A stretch of DNA of 61,368 bases, counting the filler, from Sluysia triapertura (lineage: Eukaryota): the NCBI GenBank assembly GCA_046118255.1. It is 5 parts of 5 records of this genome, joined end to end, with 100 filler letters (N's around TTAATTAATTAA, not from the genome) between each part and the next. Parts side by side here need not be neighbours in the genome. Positions count along the whole stretch, not along the records: positions 50,116 to 61,368 come from JBJNIA010186758.1; 4 more parts are not named here. One strand, given 5' to 3'. The translations under genes and the position numbers were made by a program. The notes under the pieces are model-generated. The model saw nothing but the letters and a program-made list of their open reading frames with translations, was not told where the DNA came from and made no database searches. Shown piece after piece: positions 52,250-61,368 of the stretch (position 1 is the first letter of the stretch; every line of letters begins with the position of its first letter).

Positions 52250-53175
52250 TTCTAATCCAATAATACACGAAGTGGGACATCCTTTAATAACTAAGAAAGT
52301 GCTTATCACTTCTATTTAGAGTATGGGTAAATCAGGTCCCACTGAATCGACCCGATAGTGATTCGAAGCATATTATTGCGTAAGTATTAGCTGCATCAAT
52401 AAGTGCAAGAATTAGATTGACATTACTTCTTTTGATATGTCATACGTTGTATTTATCGATGTTGGGATTTCCTAATGTCATTAAGTAGTTTCTTTTGTGT
52501 CTTATATAAATTAAGTAGTTTTGACCATTGCCAAATTGAAACAAATATCGAAATTATGGTCCACCTAAATTGTAAACTTATGACTATAATTACAATTTTT
52601 ATCAGATTAATGTGACGATATCATGTAAGATATCATAGTCACCGTATATCCCGTATATATCTTTATCCAAATTTAAAATTACGTTGTTCCACCAGAATAG
52701 GAATCCAGACTGTTACTTTATAAGGTGCCTGATAATCGTTGTTTACAAATGACAGGTTAATTTTCACGGATTATTTTTATCTCGGAATTTAGATATTTAA
52801 CAATACCATAGATGATATTATTATTAAGGAGAATTTTATAGAATCGAATGATTTGTATTTTCTTCTGACTGTTGGAATTCATGTGTTTTAAGAGTAAAAT
52901 CAATGTGAACAACTCTCTGCTGATGGTTCATATTGGTAATGGATATATTATACTGACGATGAAGTCGTAGTTATTAAAATTGATTATCACATTGGAATTG
53001 GGTATATTGTTGGCTATCGCCTCGAAATTCTGATTTGCAGAAATAAATCTCTGTATTTATTTATTTGGATGGTTATTTCATTTGTCCTTAATGAAAAAGT
53101 AAGGGGTGTTACCAAATTTCTTAAATAAACTCACGTTATAATGGCAAACAAAAGTAAGGTTTGCAAATTCCATCT
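52250..53175 (-). pseudogene. Decayed second extra ORF downstream of the Gypsy integrase
   Basis: Protein-like frames (FISANQNFEAIANNIPNSNVIINFNNYDFIV.., SGFLFWWNNVILNLDKDIYGIYGDYDIL) with stops. Starts right after the PPSY ORF. Confidence 0.4.
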
Positions 53176-53208
53176 TCGAATATTAAAATTATTCTGCTGT
53201 GCGAGCGC

Positions 53209-53790
53209 TAGGTTTCTTGAATACAGTGGGGCGTTTCAGTGTTATTTGCTGATTCTTCATAAGAGGGAGGTTTGTTATTTTGTAGATGGAAAATTTTCCA
53301 ACTTTATCGAAATAGTAATAAAAGTATCAATAAAAGGGTGAGTAAAAAAAGTTATGAAATTATCAACATTGAAGTAAATAATGATTCATGTAATACCACT
53401 GAAGTGGTCGTAATCATATCTGGATTTGAATATTGTAATAGGAGAATTGTTCTTATTCCTAATTGTATGAGAATTCCTAATTACATTGCAATAGCATGTT
53501 TTAGCTTTGTGCTCAACGCAATGGATCGAAAATCTTGGTTTATTTATATTGAGATAAACTATATTTGTAATGATTTTGCACATGTGTTGGTAGCATGACG
53601 GTTTACGATAAAGTGATGCACTTGCAGAATTGTTCTTGAAGTAAACAAAATGAAAATAATTATCTATTCTAAATTTCGCGGGAGATTCTTCGTACCATTT
53701 TGCTTTATGCATTTGCAGTGATGAATTAGTTATTCCACAAGATGATTAATAGTAAAAATAAAGAAATATTCTTTAATCCTTTGAAACCAA
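53209..53790 (-). pseudogene. Decayed single-pass membrane ORF with PPSY motif downstream of integrase
   Basis: Cys-rich part (53386-53712) shifts frame into SMLIIS*LFLLTLLLILLLLFR*SWK..NKPPSYEES. PPSY at 53259-53270. Confidence 0.5.
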
Positions 53791-53869
53791 TATGGTTTTT
53801 ATTCTCCTTGCTTGTGATAAATATATTCTACCATTTCCTTTAGACGTAGGTTATATGGGGGTTCATTTG

Positions 53870-55150
53870 CACCTACTTTTTGGCATTCATAATTTTAGTT
53901 TCCTTAGAATTTCCACTGGTTATCACTACTATATAAGTAGGTCAATAGCGATAATTTCATATGAACCATTAAATGGTCTATTCAATTTAGGTGATTGTCC
54001 TTTTGTAATTACAAAGTCAATAAATCAAGATTTTATCACCAGTTCTAAAGTTACGCGGTTTGGGTTTTTTATAATATTCTTTCATATTTCTTGATTGTTT
54101 TATATTTAAACCAGTTTTAATCTATGCTTCATTTAATCTGGATTACAGTATATCTAGATAGTCTGAGGCTTCCACATATTGTGATTTTGATCCAGTCCAA
54201 TCTAAATCAATTAACATTCATTAAATAAAGAGGCATTTCTATAAGCGAATATACAAGGCTTTATGTACAAGTCCCAATCTTTTTGTTTAGAATTTACGTA
54301 AGATTGTAATTTATTCATTAGTGTTTTATTGAATTGCTCTACTAAAACATCTGTTTGTGAGTGATGCGGTGTGGTATATATTCTAGTAGCGAAGAATTTT
54401 GTGACACCAGTTAGCGTCTCGCTTACGGAAAATTTTTCCTCTATCAGTGTTCCATATAGGTATATTATTTCTTTCACAAATAGTTGTGGTACCACATCTG
54501 TTTTTGAGCCTGTATAGGAAAAGATTCAGGCCATCTTAGTTGATCGTCGGAAAATACAAGTATATATTTATTTCTTCTACATGTAATTGATAATGATCCT
54601 AAAATATCCATTGATGTGATTTCTATAGGACTTGTTGTTTGTACACATACAGCAAGTGTTGCCCATTGTTAACATTATTTCTCAGTGCCTTGCAATAATG
54701 TTTTTGTTCAATTCTTTTTAAGGTTTTCTTGTGGGTAGGTGGTCTCCCTAATTGTTCATAGTAATATTGGATCATCAAGGCAACTCTTCTTGTTTCTGGT
54801 ACTACCTTTCGTTGCCTTTCCTTTGCTACATATTTTAATAGATTATTTTCAAGTTTCCAGTTGGCAACTAATTCATTTGTTATTTCTCTGTCTATAATAA
54901 ATCGATTCTGAGTTTTGATTCTGTACCTTCTCTTTGCACTTGTGCCATTGGACATATTCTCGTTTTTTATTATACACTCCTTTCCTTTAAGTTATTTCGA
55001 TATCATATTCAGCTAGTGCGAGCTCCATCTAACTAATATACTGGTTACAATTCTAAATTTTCTTAAGTACGTTAAGGATTTATCATCGGTGTATAAATGC
55101 TGTCTGAATTTTTTCAAAACATAGGTGATTGCTAAACATTATTTTAATAA
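53870..55150 (-). mobile_element. Gypsy/Ty3 pol remnant: RNase H end and integrase
   Basis: CLAITYVLKKFRQHLYTDDKSL (RNase H); QLGRPPTHKKTLKRIEQKHYC (zinc-finger region); TTPHHSQTDVLVEQFNKTL..WDLYIKPCIFAYR (catalytic core); PKLNRPFNGSYEII (GPY/F). Confidence 0.9.
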
Positions 55151-55402
55151 GAATTTTGACATATCAGAGAAAGACAATATAATGGTTATTTTTATTTTTA
55201 AATGTTTCATAAAAAAATTTAGGGCACCCCAATAATATCGAGTCATCATAAACATGTAATGTTACTTATTAATTTTCTATAATTAGAATTATATTTTATT
55301 AATAAACATTATTAATGTCCACATTTTCAATAGTCTTCTCGATCACTAAGTGAGGTTGCTTTGGTAAATTTCTTTATATTACTACTGTTGGATTATAGTT
55401 AA

Positions 55403-55588
55403 CACGTTTGCAACCAGCGTTGTATCAGCGTCGCACATATGTGGCGTGTCTACATTATCAGTTTTCGATAAGGTGTTGTACTAGTTTTTTGCAGTTAAAA
55501 AATTCAATGCGATTTAAAGTCATTTCATTTGAAAAATTTCCATAGGCTGTGATATGATATTTTCTTCTCAAGCTCTGGTTGCGAACGT
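55403..55588. mobile_element. piggyBac-like MITE nested in the 55.2-56.1 kb repeat
   Basis: TTAA-CACGTTTGCAACCAG ... CTGGTTGCGAACGT inverted repeats. Absent from the sister copy at about 51200. Confidence 0.65.
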
Positions 55589-58377
55589 CATGATTAAATA
55601 ACACAAGTACTACGATAATAATTAATAAAATTGAAAATAAATGGAAATATAAGAACTAATTAAACAAATTTTAAATATCCACTTAAATATTTTGTCAACT
55701 ATTTTGTAAAAAACAAATAATGGAAAATTTTAAAATATGTGTTTAATAAATTATTGACACAGCAATTAGCATACAGTAAAATCAAAAACTAAAAATAAAA
55801 CAAAAAGGAAGCTTAATAATAATACAAAAATAATCATATTATGAAAATCTTATTTTTGATATAATTTCTAATTATAGAAGCCATATTAAAACATTTATAT
55901 GAAAATCATATTAATGTCACTAATTAAGGGTCTATTTTAATATTTATTTAGAAAATAAATTCTAAATTCACTCGGAAAGTATTTAAAAATAATTTCATTG
56001 CTTTTTTTACACAAATACTTCTGTCTTTTGTGTTTCAACAAGAAAGTTGACAAAATACATTTATTGTATTCTCAGTAATAAATTAAAAATTTACTATTAT
56101 TCTATACTACAAAATGAATATCATTCGCCTATGTCAAACGATTTATACCTTTACTGGAGACGTACCTATAGGATTTTATTACTTGAAGTATATTAATTCG
56201 AATTTGTTTTTCGAGCTATGCGCATTAAGTATATCTTCTTACTTACATTCAATTACTTAAGTAATTTATTTTCTCATTAAAATCTTTTAGAGTTTTATTA
56301 ACTTAATCTCTTTTGGTTGTCATTCTTTTATCAATGCTAAAACGCTTTAATTATCTATAACTTGCTGCTAACTTTATCAATAAGAAAGCTAAAAAGTCTT
56401 CCTAATATTTATTAAGACGATGTAATAGTTCAAATGTAATGGAACAATAAAATAACTAATTAAATAAAAATGGCTTGATATATTAAATCCAGTACTTAAT
56501 ATTTAATTAAATAATTTAGAAATTGATTTCGTCCGTAATTAATATTTTAGAATTAAAATATTAATGTATTTTTTAATGGAAAAATGAATGAATTCATTTA
56601 CTTAATGGACCACAAAAGTATTTCAATAAACTTTTTAATTTATCTAATGGATTTTCTATTTATTTAATGGATGTTAAAATGAAAAATAATTAATTTTTTA
56701 ATGAAAATAATTTATAATGGATTTAATATATTGCAAATGGATTTTTAAATGGAGTATAAAGACAAAAACATAAAATATAAATTCAATAGATGGTAACGAG
56801 TTTTGTTAATCGCGTGTAATATTTTACAACTGGATAAAGCTTCGACTTGGTTATTTGATATCCAATCATTTGAGAAATTAATTTGGTTCGATTATTTGGA
56901 AGATTAATTTAAAAAATTTTATTTGGTATTTCAATTGGCTGAACCAGATAAATGCATATTTTATCCATGATTTTGTTAAAATACGTAAGTTTTTGTTACA
57001 TAAGTTCTCTTTACTTAAATGAGGCACAAACTAGACTTAAAATCTAAATAACTTTTGCGCTGGCTTAACCATTTATAAAATCACTACAAAATACTAATGA
57101 AAAAACCCATACTATTTTTTGTATATTGTTTTATTTTTAATAGTTCCTGAATTATGATTCCATTATCTTAACTGTTGTACGTTATGTTGAATAAAAATTT
57201 CATATTAACAAATTATTTGTTTTGAACTATCTTGAAAAATTTATGGTTAATTATATACTTTTGTGTGTTTACATGAGTTCTTTGTTGGAGATTTAGATTT
57301 AATGTTAAAATCATGACTTCCTAATTTTTAAAATAGAATTATAGAAGAAAAGTAACTTCACTATGAATTTAGACAAACGATATAATCATAGAATTTCTTT
57401 TATAATTCAACATTATTAATGATTTCTCAACAAACAATGTCACATCACAAGAAATACAGAAAAACTTATCTGGGACCAGATAGCTTAATTTTGTATATTG
57501 ACCATTTCATTCTATAAAAATCTTTGATTAAATTTTTAAATTAAAAGACTTTTGAGAAATCACTGATTAAGGAGAAAAATATCTGAAAATGAATTAAGAA
57601 ATTAAATTGTTAATATAACTTTATGGAATGATTTTAAAATCTCCAAATTAAGTGATAGAGCGTCCAAAATAACACATTGTTATTTTAGTTGTATACGAAT
57701 TTAATGAAGTTATAATTTCAGTTTGTGCAAATTGAACTGAATTTGGCACACTAGCGCTAAGCATTACTAACTGAAGCTAATGTGAAACAAATCATCCATC
57801 GTCCCCAAATAAAATCGTGGGCTTCTCATTAAAATAGTGTATTCCATCCTTAGTAGCTACTTCTAAATTATTCAGTATTAAGCAATTATTCCGACGTTTT
57901 CGTTAATCAAAAAGAGATCTAGTGCTTCTTATCTAATTTTATGGAGTTTTGGACTACAATATATGAAATTTTCGTATAACATAAGCATTTTGTATAGCTA
58001 ACAACTTCAGATTGACTTTGTGGTACACCATCTTGATAAGCTGTGAAATATTTGTTACTTTGGTAAAGTGTCACCAATAAATCGTCAAACATATCTTCGA
58101 ATTTTGAAATAACTTCAGTAATGGCTAGAGATCACCAACATATTTATTTCGACGAGGAATAGATTGTTTTGTTTTTAGCATTACTGTTGAAGCAATTGCA
58201 CAATATTTTCACAATACCTTGCATGGTAGAGAGTTAGGACAAAGTTAGAGTGAGAAAAATAGTTATGGTAAGATAATTAAGAGATGTTGAGGGTTTTTTT
58301 TATAGAAATTTCATTTTTGATTAAATTCTAAATTCTTAATTATTAAAATTTAATATATTAGGTTATTTATGTGGTTG

Positions 58378-59400
58378 TGTAGTGGAAAATTTTAAATGAA
58401 TGAGTTGGGTCAACACATTTACTACATATACAATATGAACAGTGAATATTAATTCATATTTCGTATTTGGTATTGAAAATTTGTTTTATTATTAATTTTT
58501 TTACATTATTAACATGCAAACTCAAAAGCGGAAGAGGTACGATTAAACTGTGGAAACTAAAAGTAACTTATTAGAATGAATTATTAATGATAAGATATGT
58601 TCTCCGAATTGCCTTTCATTAAATTATAACTTGTAGCGTGGTTGCGTAAATAATTCTCGAAGTTCTGAGATTTCGTTTAGATTTCAGATTTAAATAAAAT
58701 TACACTTACGTAGTGAACATTTACCTAAAGCTCATAACTAAACCTTATAATTTAATATTCACACTATATCATCGAATCCCTTTCGGCATTATATATTTTG
58801 TCGGATCATTGCTTATCCGTGATTATTTGGAAACAAAGTATAATAAGAAATTTGTTATGTCGTAGAAATATCACTCTTAACCTACAAAAAATATTTTTTG
58901 AGCAGGGTCTCGTTACAGTAAATGTCTTATGTCGTAAAGAGGGTGTTACTGTGAAAGCTAATACTTTATCAAAATAACAATACTTCTTAATGCTCAATAC
59001 TTAATACTTAAGAGCTTAATACTTAAATGCTCTTCATTGACTCAAAAATTGAATAATTTAATTTACAACTCTTAGTAAAAGGTTTATTCAACGAAATGAA
59101 ACTAATATTTTAATTTTTTTATTTTAGAAAAAATGAATAAATAAAAGTATTAATAGCAAGAATTAAGTATAAAAGTGTAAAATGGACAATAATTTAAAAT
59201 TAAAGTTCCGAGGGCGTTTAATATCATAACTTTAATATGTTAAGTAAGAGTTTAACCCTCTATATAAATTGGACCAAAAGATTAAGAAATGGTATCGATG
59301 ATGGCTTGAGAGTTGTTTTCAAATATTCATTGGCATTAGAGTTGGATCACCTCAGAAATATTATTGTTAATGGTAGGAATTGCAACCGTTCGGGAAACTA
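58378..59400 (-). mobile_element. Putative LTR copy (same family as 43534-45018)
   Basis: 58890-58937 is a close reverse complement of 13117-13164 (GACATAAGA..TTTACTGTAAC..GACCCTGCTCAAAAA). Degenerate HSE at 59389-59396. Candidate end ...ACTACA at 58378. Confidence 0.5.
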
Positions 59401-61368
59401 ACTTTTTAAGTAAAAATGAAAATTTTAGTTTAACTTGAGTCGTTATAAATAATATTTTCAATTACAATCTAATAGCGATTCTGATATCTAAAAGTTTATT
59501 GTTAATTTTTCCATGTTGTGTAATTCCTAAAATGTGTTTTGTTGGATCTCAGAGTTTTATGAAAATCAAAAAAATTTAAAGTAATTTATTGTAACCTTAA
59601 TCAAATATTTATTTAAATTGCCTTTTTGATTTTTAGATTCGCGTAAACTGAATTAAATAATTTCATTCCATATTTATATGCCATTTCAAAAGTAAATCCA
59701 TGAGGATTGCAATAAAGATTAATTAACTATTTTGATATGCAGTAATCAAATGATATTTTAATTAATTTGAATAAAATATATATTTAATTATACATTCATT
59801 AATGATATTATTTTTATAAATATTTTCATTTATATATTCATTATCAATTAATATATTTTTATAGAATAACAAAAATGAAAAGCCAGAGTAATGTTAATTC
59901 TGTAAGTTTTTAAAGATTATATTAATAGTTTAAATTATTCTTCATATTAATCTTACTTTTAGTGTTCTAATTCTATTCGCTACTATACTAGAATACTATT
60001 AAAATATAGTATTTATCTATTAAAAAATGTGTCGGCAATACAAGAAGGAGTTTATGGATGTTTTCATAAATACATATATTTTGCGATACATTTAATTTAA
60101 ATTTGTAATTAGAATACTCTGAAATCTTGGTCCATTATTTTTTCTGCAATGTAATTTAAATAGCTTGTATATCGACTAGAAAATCAAAAAGTAATAGTAC
60201 TTTCTTAAATTATTGCATTTTTCTAAGTATTCCATTTAATCTATTCTATTAATCTTAAGCAAGCTAAGATTATTGTACATCACTTATTTGCGCTTTCGTA
60301 GCATTGGAGTATAAATTGCTGTAGGTGAATAATCAATCCAAACTCAGTGCAAGTTTTAATATATTGAACAATGCTTTAAATAATAATAGTAATGATAATC
60401 ATAATCATAATAACAATAATAATAACAAAATGAAATAATGAATGTATTATTTAGTTGACACTAAACAATTTTCAAATGAAAAAATTAACTCTGCAGAACA
60501 ATTTGACGAAATGTCATTAATTTTATTGTATTATAACTTGTTTATTTGGTTGAAATCATTTTACCAAATATATAACTTGTTCTGATATTGATGTTTCAAA
60601 TTATCAAACTGCTACCTACACAAACTCTAGCCATAATTCGATTTTTAGCTATTATTTCTAATGTGATATTTACTAAAATAATTTATTTTTTGCAATATAA
60701 CTAATTAATGAAAGGCTTTATTAATTTTTCACTTTCCTTTTCCTATTTCTTTTTGTAGTTATTTAATTATTAATTAATTAATAATTCCTACTAAGATAGT
60801 TTAATTTTTCAAAAATCTAACTTTTAATTGAGTTAATTAACAAGTAATTAATTAAGTCATGCTTGTTTAAAAATCTTTTGAACCTTGTAATGTGTTAATG
60901 TATTGTTTATGTATTCGTGTACATCTTCTGATACGTCTCACTTATTACCGCCCTAATATGTTATTATATTGTATTATTTCCAAATTTTTCCAATGAGAAT
61001 TAATTTGAAATTCCATATTTTAATGAAAATGGAAAAAGCATATTAATATAGCTCTTATTCTTATCGAACAACAAAATTTTTTGCAGGGTTTGGCTATTAA
61101 GCACGACTTAAAACCTGTAGTCGGTAACTAAAAGCGATAATTGGTAACGTGTAATGTAGATATCAACTTCTTAACCTACTTAGATTATTTTAAATTTGTT
61201 TTTTATTCAATTGAATGTCTAGTCCTATCTTTATCAAAGACATGATCTGTCTTTAATTAGGTAAAGCTTTAATAACTTATATGAGAAATTCTTCAGTAAT
61301 TTACTTCAGTCGTTTACAATAAACACCAATACAATTAACTTTTAATAACTAAACAAATTGTTATATAT

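Noticed and set aside
51040-56100. Direct repeats flanking the Gypsy fragment as an LTR pair
   Set aside because: No TG..CA termini, PBS or PPT. A third partial copy exists, and one copy truncates RNase H, so these are independent insertions.

Overview
Very AT-rich animal DNA, most likely a flatworm: the glucose transporter is SGTP-like and host introns are 32-46 nt. The window is five unrelated contigs of about 11-14 kb joined by artificial N44-TTAATTAATTAA-N44 linkers, so adjacency across linkers means nothing. Host genes seen: two exons of a KIF26-like kinesin, two FN3 exons of a DCC/neogenin-like netrin receptor, eight exons of signal peptide peptidase (HM13/SPP), an intronless and internally deleted GLUT copy, and an intact intronless ORF consisting only of the CNOT1 CAF1/DDX6-binding MIF4G domain. 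The rest is mostly transposon debris (pogo/Tigger, mariner, Tc1, hAT and piggyBac-like MITEs, tRNA-derived SINEs, Gypsy gag and RNaseH-integrase). Most notable: (i) the stand-alone CNOT1 MIF4G gene, a possible CCR4-NOT/DDX6 decoy; (ii) large LTR elements carrying several virus-like membrane-protein ORFs (one with a PPSY motif), one LTR family of which has heat-shock-element promoters; (iii) a non-coding segment of about 0.8 kb in three diverged copies whose base-pairing is conserved while sequence is not. All homology calls are from motif recognition by eye; no searches were run.
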